The notes beneath the pieces are model-generated. The model ran no database searches. It was not told where the DNA came from and was given only the letters and a program-made list of their open reading frames with translations. A stretch of 64,000 nt of DNA from the IMG/VR virus record IMGVR_UViG_645058813_000002, positions 6,606 to 70,605 of that record. One strand, given 5' to 3'. A program made the position numbers and the translations under genes. Shown piece after piece: positions 1 through 9,905 of the stretch. This stretch comes from a virus. Positions within the stretch are counted from its first letter, which is position 1, and every line of letters starts with the position of its first letter.

Positions 1-130
1 CTGTGAAGAATGTTATTACTATAGTTTTGATAATAGCAAAAGACTTAACAGAAGAACTGAGTGTAAATACTTTGTTCTGGCAGAAGATTATATAAAGTAT
101 AGAATAAAAATTATAAAGTGAGGTAAAGAA

Positions 131-460
131 ATGTTAGAAAAAGCCACAGTAACAATGCCTTATAATGAGCTTAAAGAGTTAGTTGATAAAAATAAAGAAT
201 ATGAGGATAAATTAGGGAAAATTAAAAATATAGAAACAATGACAGCAGAACAGTTTGAAACAGATCCTTTTAAAAATGGATTAGATGAAATATTTGATTT
301 GTTGGAAAAGGCCAGTAAGCAAACTAGAATTAGTGAAAAACAATATTTTATATATAAAAGCATGGAAAAGTATTGCAATATTTTTGATATACCACTAAAG
401 GAATTATTAGAAGATATTCCAAAAGGAGTATGCAGCTTCAAATGGAGAATATATACCTAA
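131..460 (+). CDS. Phage hypothetical protein
   Basis: 109 aa ORF, AGGT RBS, prophage context. Confidence 0.7.
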   Translation: MLEKATVTMPYNELKELVDKNKEYEDKLGKIKNIETMTAEQFETDPFKNGLDEIFDLLEKASKQTRISEKQYFIYKSMEKYCNIFDIPLKELLEDIPKGVCSFKWRIYT

Positions 461-509
461 TTTTGATAGTAATAAATCTGAATATGAGAATTTAAAAAGA
501 AGTAAAGCA

Positions 510-725
510 ATGAAAATAGAACCCGTTTATACATTAATGATTAATGACGGTGAAGAATATATAAACTGTATGTCAGAAGTAAAAATAAAAATGAAAAACG
601 GTAATGAGCATAAAGGCTTATTTGTAAGTTGTGATGAAGATGGAATGTGGACAGAAGTAGGAAAAGATGAAAGCAATATTATTTTTATAGGGTTTGAGGA
701 AATGGAAATTATAGAGGAAATATAA
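510..725 (+). CDS. Small acidic phage hypothetical protein
   Basis: 71 aa ORF, co-oriented with neighbours. Confidence 0.65.
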   Translation: MKIEPVYTLMINDGEEYINCMSEVKIKMKNGNEHKGLFVSCDEDGMWTEVGKDESNIIFIGFEEMEIIEEI

Positions 726-753
726 TTCACAATATGTAGAAGGGGTGTAGAAA

Positions 754-963
754 ATGAAATCTAAAGTAGAGACAATATTAGATAATTACAGAATTAAATT
801 AGCAAGAAAAGAAAGATTAATAGAACCTTTTATAAAAAGAAAAAATGAGAGTTTCAGTTGTAACTGGTGTAGTGAAGTTGAGTATGTAAAATATAAACAA
901 CTTGAAGCTGAAATTAATTTGCTTAAGATTGTTATTTCAGATTTAGAGTATGTAATAGAATAA
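754..963 (+). CDS. Phage hypothetical protein
   Basis: 69 aa ORF, AGGGG RBS. Confidence 0.65.
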   Translation: MKSKVETILDNYRIKLARKERLIEPFIKRKNESFSCNWCSEVEYVKYKQLEAEINLLKIVISDLEYVIE

Positions 964-1110
964 CTTAAATAGGAGTTATCAGTTAGCTCCTATACTGTTT
1001 AAAGTATGTAGTAATTAATAAAATTGATCTTTGAAAATTGAATAGAGTAATATGGTGTTTTGAATATAAAGGCTAATTCTAACATAATATAAAATCATAT
1101 ACTTTTACAG

Positions 1111-1139
1111 TTGACAAAATTGGGAATAAATCATATTAT
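1111..1139 (+). promoter_or_regulatory. SigA-type promoter for the 1172-3022 cassette
   Basis: TTGACA (1111-1116), 17 bp spacer, TATTAT (1134-1139). Confidence 0.7.
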
Positions 1140-1171
1140 TATTGATATAATAAATTTTCGGAGATGATAGT

Positions 1172-1852
1172 ATGATTAATAAAAAAGAACACTTAGAAGA
1201 AAATATTAATGAAGTTGACAAAATATTAAGTAATCCAAGTATACACAGATATTTAAATATGGTATTTGAGCAAGGAGTAGTGCAGCATAAGAATAGAGGA
1301 AATATTGGTGAAAAATATGAAATACAAACATATCCATCATCTAGAGGGTTTTCAAAGATTGCAGAAATAGGAAATATAATTTGTAATAAAAAAGATTTAT
1401 GGCCAGATGGAGTTAGTGCAGATGTAATATTGGCACAAAGAATACCAGCAATAAAGGCAAAAAATATTATATTAACTTTGAAATCAACCAAAAATCCAGG
1501 TTTCTTATGGAAAAAACCTAAAGATTACATGAAGAAATATTCTAAATTAAATAAGGGGATAACACCCCAAATAGAAATAGTAAATGAAGATTTGCAGGAA
1601 AGTTTAAATGAATTAGAAGTAAACTTAGGGGCAAAATATTATGGAATACTTGCATATAAGTTAGGTAGCGACGATGTTTTAGAAAATATGCAAGTTATAT
1701 TTCTAAGTGATAATGCTGATAAAATAGTTCATACTGTAGATATTCCGATTATTTCAACAGCAGGAAAAATAACTACAAAGAACAAATCATTGAAAGATAA
1801 TATAGAAACAAATAAAGGTGAATCTCTTAGAAATAAAATAGAATTAAAATAA
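1172..1852 (+). CDS. Hypothetical protein, putative toxin partner of the downstream HTH-peptidase
   Basis: 226 aa ORF with GGAG RBS, in an operon with an XRE-ImmA/IrrE gene. Confidence 0.65.
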   Translation: MINKKEHLEENINEVDKILSNPSIHRYLNMVFEQGVVQHKNRGNIGEKYEIQTYPSSRGFSKIAEIGNIICNKKDLWPDGVSADVILAQRIPAIKAKNIILTLKSTKNPGFLWKKPKDYMKKYSKLNKGITPQIEIVNEDLQESLNELEVNLGAKYYGILAYKLGSDDVLENMQVIFLSDNADKIVHTVDIPIISTAGKITTKNKSLKDNIETNKGESLRNKIELK

Positions 1853-1891
1853 TATTTTGTGTTGTAAGTTGGATCGCACAGGAGGAACATT

Positions 1892-3022
1892 ATGAGTTTA
1901 GCAGAAAGAAAAGTGTATGGACAGCGAATTAAGCAAGGCAGAATTTTAAGAGGATTGTCCCAAGAGCAGCTAGGTAAAAAAGTTGGCGTTACAAGACAAG
2001 CGATATCTAATTGTGAAAAAGATAATATAAATTTAAGTACAACAAACTTATTAAAATTAAGTGAAACTTTAGACTTACCTTTGAGTTTCTTTTATAGAAT
2101 TCCAGAAGAAGATAATAGTGATAATATAATTTTCTTTAGAAGCAAAGATATTCCTAAGAAAACAAAGGAACAGTTAAGAGAAGAAATAAATATTTTCGAT
2201 AAAGAGATAGTTAAATATTTTGAGAAATTTGTTAAATTACCTAGTATTAACCTACCAGACTTAAGTGAGATATTAGAAGGTAAAAGTTATAATTATAGAA
2301 AAGAAACTATAATGGATATATGTAAGAGAATAAGAGAACATTGGGGAATTGGCAATAAACCGATAGATAATTTGGCATATTTATTACAAGTTAATGGATT
2401 TATAATAAGTAGGCAATATATAAATCAAGATAAAACAGATGCATTTTCGCAGAATATAGATGATAAAAAATATATATTTATTAGTGGAAATAAAGAATGT
2501 GCAGTTAGAAGTAGGTTTGATTTAGCACACGAATTAGGTCATTTGGTTTTGCATAATAATATAGATAAGGATGATTTTGAAGAAAAAATAATAGAAAAAG
2601 ATGCTGATTCGTTTGCATCCGAACTTTTATATCCAAGTGAAATTTTTTTAGAAGATATTCAGGATTATTCTTTAGGATTTGAGAGATTTATAGAATTAAA
2701 AGAAAAATGGAAAGTATCAATACAGCTATTGGTTAGAAAGTGCAAAGATTTAAAAGTAATATCTGATGAAAAATATATATACTTTCAAAAAAGGATTAGT
2801 TTTAATAGATGGAGAAAAAATGAACCATTAGATAATAGGATAGTATCAGAAAAGCCTAGATTATTTGAAGATGTTATAGAATTGTTGATTGAAAAAGAAA
2901 TTCTTACTAAAAAGGATCTTTTAGTAAATATAAATTTAGATAAAAAGGATATAATAAAGTATTGTAATCTAGATGAAAATTTTTTTGATGATACTTTTTG
3001 TGACATAATAAAAATTTATTAA
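1892..3022 (+). CDS. XRE-HTH + ImmA/IrrE (DUF955) Zn metallopeptidase
   Basis: N-terminal HTH (LSQEQLGKKVGVTRQAISNCE), FFRS linker, RFDLAHELGHLVLH, EKDADSFASELL. Confidence 0.92.
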   Translation: MSLAERKVYGQRIKQGRILRGLSQEQLGKKVGVTRQAISNCEKDNINLSTTNLLKLSETLDLPLSFFYRIPEEDNSDNIIFFRSKDIPKKTKEQLREEINIFDKEIVKYFEKFVKLPSINLPDLSEILEGKSYNYRKETIMDICKRIREHWGIGNKPIDNLAYLLQVNGFIISRQYINQDKTDAFSQNIDDKKYIFISGNKECAVRSRFDLAHELGHLVLHNNIDKDDFEEKIIEKDADSFASELLYPSEIFLEDIQDYSLGFERFIELKEKWKVSIQLLVRKCKDLKVISDEKYIYFQKRISFNRWRKNEPLDNRIVSEKPRLFEDVIELLIEKEILTKKDLLVNINLDKKDIIKYCNLDENFFDDTFCDIIKIY

Positions 3023-3027
3023 TATGA

Positions 3028-3070
3028 AAAAATACCGTATTATTCAGAATTGAGTAGGCGGTATTTTTTT
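3028..3070 (+). terminator. Intrinsic terminator
   Basis: AAAAATACCG...CGGTATTTTTTT hairpin followed by a T-run. Confidence 0.75.
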
Positions 3071-3107
3071 GTACGCAAAACTAAAATAGGGTAAAGGAGG
3101 AATCTTA

Positions 3108-3347
3108 ATGTGGAAGATAGTAATTAAGTGCAAAAATTGCAGAAGCATTGATAGTTGGAAAAGCGAAGGCTTGTGTAAAAAATGTGGATGTAAAGTTGCA
3201 TATCCTGCATTTTTTAGAGATGGGGCAACTCCTACAAGGTATGGAGAATTAATATCTGCTAAAAGAAAATATAAGTTTTTTGGTAAATGGATTGAAAGCG
3301 GATTTAAATTTCAACCTCAAAAATGCTGTTGTAACAATTGCAGTTAA
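3108..3347 (+). CDS. Small Zn-finger phage protein
   Basis: CKNC and CKKC motifs, GGAGG RBS. Confidence 0.7.
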   Translation: MWKIVIKCKNCRSIDSWKSEGLCKKCGCKVAYPAFFRDGATPTRYGELISAKRKYKFFGKWIESGFKFQPQKCCCNNCS

Positions 3348-3553
3348 TTTGCAACACTAAAAAATCAGGAATATTGCATCAAGTATTTTTGTATTTACTA
3401 ATAATTTTATCAAGTATAGCAAGTATAGCAAGTATAGCAAGCATTGGATTTAAAATTAAATCCATACTTGCTCAAGGAATAAAGTCCTTAAGAATCCTGC
3501 TGAATTATAAGAATAGCAAGCATTGGATTTGTGGCCACAATCCAATTTTTTAA
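3338..3553 (+). CDS. Possible small membrane protein
   Basis: 71 aa, TTG start, hydrophobic segment with SIA x3; weak RBS. Confidence 0.35.
   Translation: MQLICNTKKSGILHQVFLYLLIILSSIASIASIASIGFKIKSILAQGIKSLRILLNYKNSKHWICGHNPIF
3411..3437. repeat. 9-bp tandem repeat CAAGTATAG x3
   Basis: Read directly; in frame within 3338-3553. Confidence 0.9.
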
Positions 3554-3622
3554 ATAATTAGGAATATCCTAAAACCTTATAAAACTGAAATAGATGTTAA
3601 AGAATAAAGAGGAGGATAATAA

Positions 3623-3832
3623 ATGACTAAAACAGTAATATTGGAAGATATTGATGTTTCTATTGCAGATGAAGAAGAAGATAAAAGATATGTTGATAAG
3701 TTGAATAGAAATATTGATAAGGTAAAGTATTTGAGATTAATTAAAGGTTATACACAAGAAAGAGCAGCTAATATAGCTGGAATAAGTCCAAGACATCTGC
3801 AAAGAATAGAAAAAAATTTAAAAATGTCGTGA
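3623..3832 (+). CDS. Small HTH protein, probable late-transcription regulator
   Basis: C-terminal HTH (YTQERAANIAGISPRHLQRIEK), GGAGG RBS, followed by phased repeats. Confidence 0.7.
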   Translation: MTKTVILEDIDVSIADEEEDKRYVDKLNRNIDKVKYLRLIKGYTQERAANIAGISPRHLQRIEKNLKMS

Positions 3833-3864
3833 AAATGTCATAAAAATGTCGTGTTTGTGTCGTG
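3821..3864 (+). promoter_or_regulatory. Phased ATGTCGTG-like direct repeats, probable late-promoter regulator site
   Basis: Three AAAATGTC(G/A)T units and a fourth TGTGTCGTG at about 11-12 bp spacing. Confidence 0.55.
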
Positions 3865-3996
3865 GTACAAGCACGATATTTTTTTTATAATTAATATAAA
3901 TAAGTAATAAGATAAAAATTTGCAACAAATGTCTTATTTAAAATAAAAAAATGTCACACTTTTGGTATGGAATAACTATATCCATTTTTAGGAGGT

Positions 3997-4404
3997 ATGT
4001 ATATGTTAGATATAGAAAAAGTAAAAGAAAAGTATCTTGAAGGTTATAATTCTTCTCAAATAGCAAGAACATTAAAATGTAAGCCTAGTACAGTAAGACA
4101 ATGCATACATAGAAATCTAAAAGAATTTAGAAAATCCAATGAAGCTGAAAAAATAAGGAAAAAAGAAGTTGATAGAATAACAAGGCAAGAATCTAAAAAT
4201 TATATGAGTGATAAAGATTTTGTTAAAAGAAATAGATCCATATATAAAACTAATAAAAAGAACGGCAATATAGTTCTTAACAAAGATGTTACAGTAAGTT
4301 TTGATACACCTAGAAGATTAACAAATGAGTATGCAGCAGATAAAATCAATAAAAATATACTTAAAAGTGATTATAGAAAAGAAAATGATGTTGTTATAAT
4401 GTAA
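3997..4404 (+). CDS. Phage protein with N-terminal HTH
   Basis: YNSSQIARTLKCKPSTVRQCI; GGAGG RBS. Confidence 0.75.
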   Translation: MYMLDIEKVKEKYLEGYNSSQIARTLKCKPSTVRQCIHRNLKEFRKSNEAEKIRKKEVDRITRQESKNYMSDKDFVKRNRSIYKTNKKNGNIVLNKDVTVSFDTPRRLTNEYAADKINKNILKSDYRKENDVVIM

Positions 4405-4455
4405 ATTTTAAACCAGTAGTTTTACTGGTTATTTTTATGGGAAGAAGGTGAGTAG

Positions 4456-4677
4456 ATGGAAAGTATTTATATTATTTTAATATGTAAAAGATGTAAAAAA
4501 ACTACTATTCTTTTGAAAGAAGAAGTTGAAGATACTATAAAAAATAGAAAATACTTATCATGTGCTCATTGTGGTTGTAAGTCATTTAAGAAAGAATTTT
4601 CAACTAATAATGCTAAGGATTGTATGAAAAGTAATTATTACAAAAGAATGAATGGATATATAAGGCAGGTGAATTAA
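4456..4677 (+). CDS. Small Zn-ribbon protein
   Basis: CKRC and CAHC pairs. Confidence 0.75.
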   Translation: MESIYIILICKRCKKTTILLKEEVEDTIKNRKYLSCAHCGCKSFKKEFSTNNAKDCMKSNYYKRMNGYIRQVN

Positions 4678-5333
4678 TGGTGGATGAAGATAAGAAAAGG
4701 AACTGGGAAAAAGGAACTGCCTTACCTATACCAGATAATAAATATAAGAGATTTAAAGAAACATTAATAGAGCATAGTAAAAAGTATGCTGACAGAAATA
4801 TAACATTATTTTTATTAGCTAGGGCTACAGGATATAGATTAGGTGATCTTGTTGGACTTACAATTGGAGAAATTGATGATGCACTAAGTGAAGGATTTTT
4901 TCTAATCCAGGAGAGTAAGCAATTTAAACAATGGCAAAGTAGTTTAGCAGAACATCCTAACAGAAAGAAGCCTGATAAAAGAAAAGCTATTATAGGTTCT
5001 TCATTAAAAAAATATTTAGAAGAATATATTAAAAATAAAAAAAGAAAAGAATTTGCATTTCCATCTAATAAAGGTGAGGGAGATGAATATATAAGTCAAA
5101 AATCATATAGTGCTATATTAAAAGATGTTGGTGAAAAGATTGGATTAAAACATATAAGTGGACATAGTCCTAGAAAGACTTATGCAACTACAATTTATGA
5201 AAACTCTAATCATAACATAGAAAAAGTTAGAGTTGCTTTAAATCACCAATCTATAGAAGAAACCAAACGTTATTTAGGACTTAAAGATATTATGTTAGAA
5301 GATGCTGGTAAAATAGCTGATAAAGACTTATAA
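4677..5333 (+). CDS. Tyrosine recombinase, catalytic domain only
   Basis: ATGYRLGDL (Arg), HSPRKT (HxxR), LNHQSIEETKRY (His/Tyr). Confidence 0.9.
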   Translation: MVDEDKKRNWEKGTALPIPDNKYKRFKETLIEHSKKYADRNITLFLLARATGYRLGDLVGLTIGEIDDALSEGFFLIQESKQFKQWQSSLAEHPNRKKPDKRKAIIGSSLKKYLEEYIKNKKRKEFAFPSNKGEGDEYISQKSYSAILKDVGEKIGLKHISGHSPRKTYATTIYENSNHNIEKVRVALNHQSIEETKRYLGLKDIMLEDAGKIADKDL

Positions 5334-5591
5334 TGCGTAAAAAATAAAATGGTACTTATTTAGTATATAAATAAAAAATTCTTACTATTATATGTATCTT
5401 AAAAATAGTATCAGTAATTCACCATGTTATTACTTATTGTAAGAAAAATGGGAAAATACATTTAAAGCTAGTAAAATCAATGGTTTTAGCCTTAGTAGTA
5501 GATTTTAGTAATCTTTTAAAATAATTTTAGGTCTAAAAACAACTCAAGAACAACTCAACTCAATTAAATATATATGTGTGTATGAATATTT

Positions 5592-5696
5592 AGTATCAAA
5601 AGTGATGTTATTTAGAAAAGTATCAAAAGTTATTGACATTGAATTAAAAATCTTATATATTAGTAGTATCAAATAAAACGGTGGTTAAAATTGATA
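5592..5696. promoter_or_regulatory. Putative res site and promoter of the serine resolvase
   Basis: AGTATCAAAAGT at 5592 and 5619; AGTATCAAA at 5665 facing inverted TTGATA at 5691; overlaps TTGACA at 5633. Confidence 0.55.
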
Positions 5697-5718
5697 TAAA
5701 TATATGGGGTGAAAATAA

Positions 5719-6420
5719 ATGAGTAAAATATATGGATACTGTAGAATATCAACAATTAAACAAAATATTGAAAGACAACATAGAAATATATTAAATGCAT
5801 ATCCAAATGCAACAATAGTGGATGAAGTATTTACTGGTACTAAAATTTATGGGAGAAAAGAATTTAATAAACTTCTTGGTATAGTTAATGAAGGCGATAT
5901 AATTGTATTTGATAGTGTTAGTCGTATGAGCAGAAATGCAGACGAAGGATTTGTAGTTTATGAAGATTTGTTTAATAAAGGAATAGAATTAGTATTCTTA
6001 AAGGAACAACATATAAATACAAATACTTATAAAAAAGCTTTAACTAATAATATAAGTTTAACTGGAACTAATGTAGATTTTATATTAGAGGGAATAAATA
6101 AATATTTGTTAGCATTGGCCAAGGAGCAAATTAAATTAGCTTTTATACAATCAGAAAAAGAAGTTACAGATCTACATCAAAGAACAAAAGAAGGTATAGA
6201 GACTGCAAGATTGAATGGTAAACAGATTGGACAGAAAAAAGGCACTAAATTAATTACTAAAAAGAGTATTGTTGCCAAAGAGCAAATAAAAAAATACAGC
6301 ACTGATTTTAATGGTACTCTTAAAGATGTTGAAGTGATGAAGTTAATAGGTCTTGCAAGAAACACTTATTATAAATATAAAAAAGAAATAATTAATGAAA
6401 CAGAAAATCAGAGTATATAG
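5719..6420 (+). CDS. Small serine recombinase (resolvase/invertase family) with C-terminal HTH
   Basis: YGYCRIST catalytic Ser, VSRMSR, ERTKEG-like helix (QRTKEG), C-terminal LARNTYY. Confidence 0.93.
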   Translation: MSKIYGYCRISTIKQNIERQHRNILNAYPNATIVDEVFTGTKIYGRKEFNKLLGIVNEGDIIVFDSVSRMSRNADEGFVVYEDLFNKGIELVFLKEQHINTNTYKKALTNNISLTGTNVDFILEGINKYLLALAKEQIKLAFIQSEKEVTDLHQRTKEGIETARLNGKQIGQKKGTKLITKKSIVAKEQIKKYSTDFNGTLKDVEVMKLIGLARNTYYKYKKEIINETENQSI

Positions 6421-6429
6421 TAAATCAAA

Positions 6430-6459
6430 GACAGTATTCAAAAATGAATGCTGTTTTTT
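6430..6459 (+). terminator. Intrinsic terminator after the resolvase
   Basis: ACAGTATTCA-AAAA-TGAATGCTGT followed by a T-run. Confidence 0.7.
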
Positions 6460-6492
6460 ATTTGCTATATTTTTATGAAAGGAGATGGGGGT

Positions 6493-7086
6493 ATGGCAGG
6501 AGCACCACGAGGAAATCAAAATGCTAAAGGTAATAAGGATGGAGCACCACGAGGAAACCAAAATGCTAAAGGAAATAAAGGTGGAGCACCTAAAGGAAAT
6601 ATAAATGCATTTACTTATGGAAATTATACAAAGAGGATTCCAATGGCTGTAAAAAATATAATGGAAGAATTGGTTACAGAAGATCCATTAGATAAATTAT
6701 GGAGAAGTATTTGCATTCAGGAAGCAAGAATTATTAATATGCAAAATATAATGCATGTTAAAAATAAGAAAGATATAACTAAAGAACTTAAGAAAACTAA
6801 ATCAATGTATGACGAAGGTGGCAATGAAACTTATAAAGAAGAAGAATATGAAATTCAATTTGCCTGTGATAAAGAAGCTAATTTAATGATTACACAATCA
6901 AAAGCTTATGATACATTAGTCAAGTTGATTAAGCAGTATGATGAAATGCTCAATGCTAACAGAGATTTAGCAACAGAAGAACAAAGACTAAGAATTGATA
7001 AGCTTAAAGGTGAAGTAAATAAACTTAATGGAAATAAGAATGATGAACCAATAAAAGTAAAAATAGTAGATGATATAGATGATTAA
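6493..7086 (+). CDS. terS: Terminase small subunit
   Basis: GAPRGNQNA motifs, directly upstream of terL; ATG 6493 follows GGAGATGGGG and is preferred to 6448. Confidence 0.85.
   Translation: MAGAPRGNQNAKGNKDGAPRGNQNAKGNKGGAPKGNINAFTYGNYTKRIPMAVKNIMEELVTEDPLDKLWRSICIQEARIINMQNIMHVKNKKDITKELKKTKSMYDEGGNETYKEEEYEIQFACDKEANLMITQSKAYDTLVKLIKQYDEMLNANRDLATEEQRLRIDKLKGEVNKLNGNKNDEPIKVKIVDDIDD
6499..6609 (+). repeat. 42-bp coding repeat (GAPRGNQNAKGNKD/G) x2 plus a partial third copy
   Basis: Units start at 6499, 6541 and 6583. Confidence 0.9.
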
Positions 7087-8332
7087 GGTTAAATTAAAAT
7101 CTATAATTGCATCTAGCTTTTATGCAGCGCACAAAGATATAAAACAGGGACTACACACTCATCATTGGTTCAAAGGTGGGAGAGGTAGTACTAAGAGTTC
7201 TTTTATATCTATAGAAATAGTTTTAGGAATAATGAAAGATGCTCAAGAAGGTATTATGTCTAATGCATTAATACTAAGAAGAGTAAAAGATACATTGTCT
7301 GAATCAGTTAGAGATCAGATTAAGTGGGCTATTGATATATTAGGCGTTAGTGATGATTGGATTATACCAGAAGCTAAATTGACTATAACATACAAATCAA
7401 CAGGACAAGTAATAAGATTTAAAGGTGCTGATAATCCTAAGAAGGTTAAGTCTACTAAAGTACCAAAAGGCTATATTAAATATATTTGGTATGAGGAGGT
7501 AGACGAGTTTGAAGGGTATGACAAAATTAGGAATATCAATCAATCATTAATGAGAGGTGGTCCTAAATTCTTTGTATTTTATTCTTTTAACCCTCCTGAA
7601 AGTCAAAGAAATTGGGCTAACCTGGAGGTATTAGATAAAAGAGAAGATAAACTTATACACCATAGTACCTATTTAACAGTTCCTAGAGATTGGTTAGGAG
7701 AACCATTCATAACTGAAGCTGAGGACCTGAAGGAAAAAAATACTACTAAGTATGAACACGATTATCTAGGTAAGGTTACAGGTACAGGAGCAGAAATATT
7801 TGATAATGTAGTCATTAGAAAAATATCAGATGAAGAAGTAAGAAGCTTTGATAGATTATATCGAGGTGTTGACTTTGGATGGTTTCCAGATCCTTGGACT
7901 TACAACAATATGTACTATAAAGCAAATACCAAAGAACTGTATATATTTGATGAAGCTCATGAGAATAAGAAATCAAATAAGCAGACATATGACATCATGG
8001 TCAAAAAGCATGGAGTTAAGCCTAATCATAAAGTTACATGTGATTCAGCTGAAAACAAATCAATTGCAGATTATAAGACCTATGGATTATATGCAAGAGG
8101 AGCTATAAAAGGTCAAGGAAGTGTTGAATATAGTATGAAGTGGTTGCAATCATTGAATGCAATAATAATTGATAATGTTAGATGCCCTAAAACTGCTAAA
8201 GAGTTCTTAGAATATGAGCATGATAAGGACAAAGAAGGAAAAGTAATAGATGGTTATCCAGATAGAGATAATCATCATATTGATGCGGTAAGATATGCAA
8301 TGAATGATGTATGGAGAAGAAGAGGTCAATAA
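7079..8332 (+). CDS. terL: Terminase large subunit, PBSX family
   Basis: GGRGSTKS Walker A, WYEEVDE Walker B, C-terminal nuclease NHHIDAVRYA. Confidence 0.95.
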   Translation: MIKVKLKSIIASSFYAAHKDIKQGLHTHHWFKGGRGSTKSSFISIEIVLGIMKDAQEGIMSNALILRRVKDTLSESVRDQIKWAIDILGVSDDWIIPEAKLTITYKSTGQVIRFKGADNPKKVKSTKVPKGYIKYIWYEEVDEFEGYDKIRNINQSLMRGGPKFFVFYSFNPPESQRNWANLEVLDKREDKLIHHSTYLTVPRDWLGEPFITEAEDLKEKNTTKYEHDYLGKVTGTGAEIFDNVVIRKISDEEVRSFDRLYRGVDFGWFPDPWTYNNMYYKANTKELYIFDEAHENKKSNKQTYDIMVKKHGVKPNHKVTCDSAENKSIADYKTYGLYARGAIKGQGSVEYSMKWLQSLNAIIIDNVRCPKTAKEFLEYEHDKDKEGKVIDGYPDRDNHHIDAVRYAMNDVWRRRGQ

Positions 8333-8486
8333 TTTCGGGTAATTTTTATTTCCCGAAATTATTGTTTTTTAAGCATTTAAGCCATTTGTAAGGCCTTAAA
8401 TCTACTAAAATGCAATTCAAAAGTTTACTCACCCTAAACTTTTGAATAAAAATGACATTTTAGAATAAAAGCTAGGAGATGATGGT

Positions 8487-9905
8487 TTGTTTTCAAGATT
8501 AAAGGACTTGATAAGGGAGGTAATTAATAAATTGTTTAATAAGAATACAATACAAGATAAATTAAAAGTTGATATTGCATTAACGGATGAATTCGAAAGA
8601 GCTATTGACCTATGGGCCAAGATGTTTGAAGATGAATCACCATGGCTTAATGATGATACTAAAAGTATGGGTATTTCATCAAGCATAGCATCAGAAATGG
8701 CAAGACTTGTTACATTAGAGATGGAAACAGAAATTAATAATAATGATTTCTTAAATGCAGAGTATCAAATTGTTATTGATAGTTTAAGCAATTATGTTGA
8801 GTTTGCGTGTGCAAAAGGCGGCATAGCCTTTAAGCCTTATGTATCTAACGGTCATATAGAAGTTGATATGGTACAGGCTGATAGTTTCTTCCCTACGAAT
8901 TATAATTCACGCGGAGAAGTAACAGGGGCCATATTCATAGAGGTTAAGCAACAAGGTGAAACAAGATATACAAGACTTGAATATCATAATTTAACCACTG
9001 AAGGATATTATATTTCTAATACAGCATTTGAGAAAGAGAACTCAATGGAAGTTAAGGATCATACTGATCTAGGAAAACAAATTCCGCTTACTGATGTAGA
9101 TGAATGGGCAGAACTTGAAGAAGAAGTATTAATCAAGAATATTGATAAGCCTTTATTTAGTTATTTCAAGATGCCATTTGCGAACACAATAGATTCTTTA
9201 AGTCCTCTTGGAGTTTCAATCTATTCAAGAGTAATTAATTTAATTAAGGAAGCAGATAAACAGTACAGTAGAATACTTTGGGAATATGAAGGTTCAGAGT
9301 TAGCAATAAACGCATCAGTTGATTGTTTCAAGATGGATGAAGAAGGAAACGCAATACTTCCAAAAGGTAAAGAAAGACTTTATAGGGATATGAATTATGG
9401 TGTTGGGGAGTTTAATAAAGCAATAGAAGTATTTAGCCCAGCCATAAGAGATACAAGTCTTTTTAATGGATTAAATAATTTATTAAGAAGAATAGAGTTT
9501 AATACTGGGTTAGCCTATGGAACCTTAAGCGATGTGCAGGAAACAGATAAGACAGCAGAGGAGATTAAGAGCAGCAAACAAAGATCATATGCGAGTGTTA
9601 AGAAAATACAAAATCAGCTTAAAAACTCATTAGAACAATTAGCTTATGCGATGTCAGTTTGGGCTAGGATTTATGGATTAAGTAATAAATTAGTTAATCC
9701 TGATAAAGACATGGATTTCAACTTTGATGATTCTTTAGTAATGGATAAGGATAAAGAACTTGCGAGTATGCAGGCAGATGTAGCTAGTGGAATATTAAGA
9801 CCAGAAATATATATCATGAAAAAATATGGTGTATCTGAAGAAGAAGCACTTAAGATGATGCCACAGAATGATAACTCAAATGAGCCAGAGGATGATGAAG
9901 AATAA
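8487..9905 (+). CDS. Portal protein
   Basis: 472 aa after terL; SPLGVSIYSR and KTAEEI motifs. Confidence 0.9.
   Translation: MFSRLKDLIREVINKLFNKNTIQDKLKVDIALTDEFERAIDLWAKMFEDESPWLNDDTKSMGISSSIASEMARLVTLEMETEINNNDFLNAEYQIVIDSLSNYVEFACAKGGIAFKPYVSNGHIEVDMVQADSFFPTNYNSRGEVTGAIFIEVKQQGETRYTRLEYHNLTTEGYYISNTAFEKENSMEVKDHTDLGKQIPLTDVDEWAELEEEVLIKNIDKPLFSYFKMPFANTIDSLSPLGVSIYSRVINLIKEADKQYSRILWEYEGSELAINASVDCFKMDEEGNAILPKGKERLYRDMNYGVGEFNKAIEVFSPAIRDTSLFNGLNNLLRRIEFNTGLAYGTLSDVQETDKTAEEIKSSKQRSYASVKKIQNQLKNSLEQLAYAMSVWARIYGLSNKLVNPDKDMDFNFDDSLVMDKDKELASMQADVASGILRPEIYIMKKYGVSEEEALKMMPQNDNSNEPEDDEE

Noticed and set aside
3821-3864. Shared GTCGTG core between the late-promoter repeats and the Tn7-like end sites
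   Set aside because: Only 6 bp in common with different flanks and spacing; likely coincidence
4677-5333. Tyrosine recombinase as the prophage integrase
   Set aside because: Only 218 aa with no arm-binding N-terminal domain, and 28 kb from attR inside the late region
8330-8362. Inverted repeat AATTTCGGG...CCCGAAATT between terL and portal
   Set aside because: Single short hairpin without a T-run or second copy; no function can be supported
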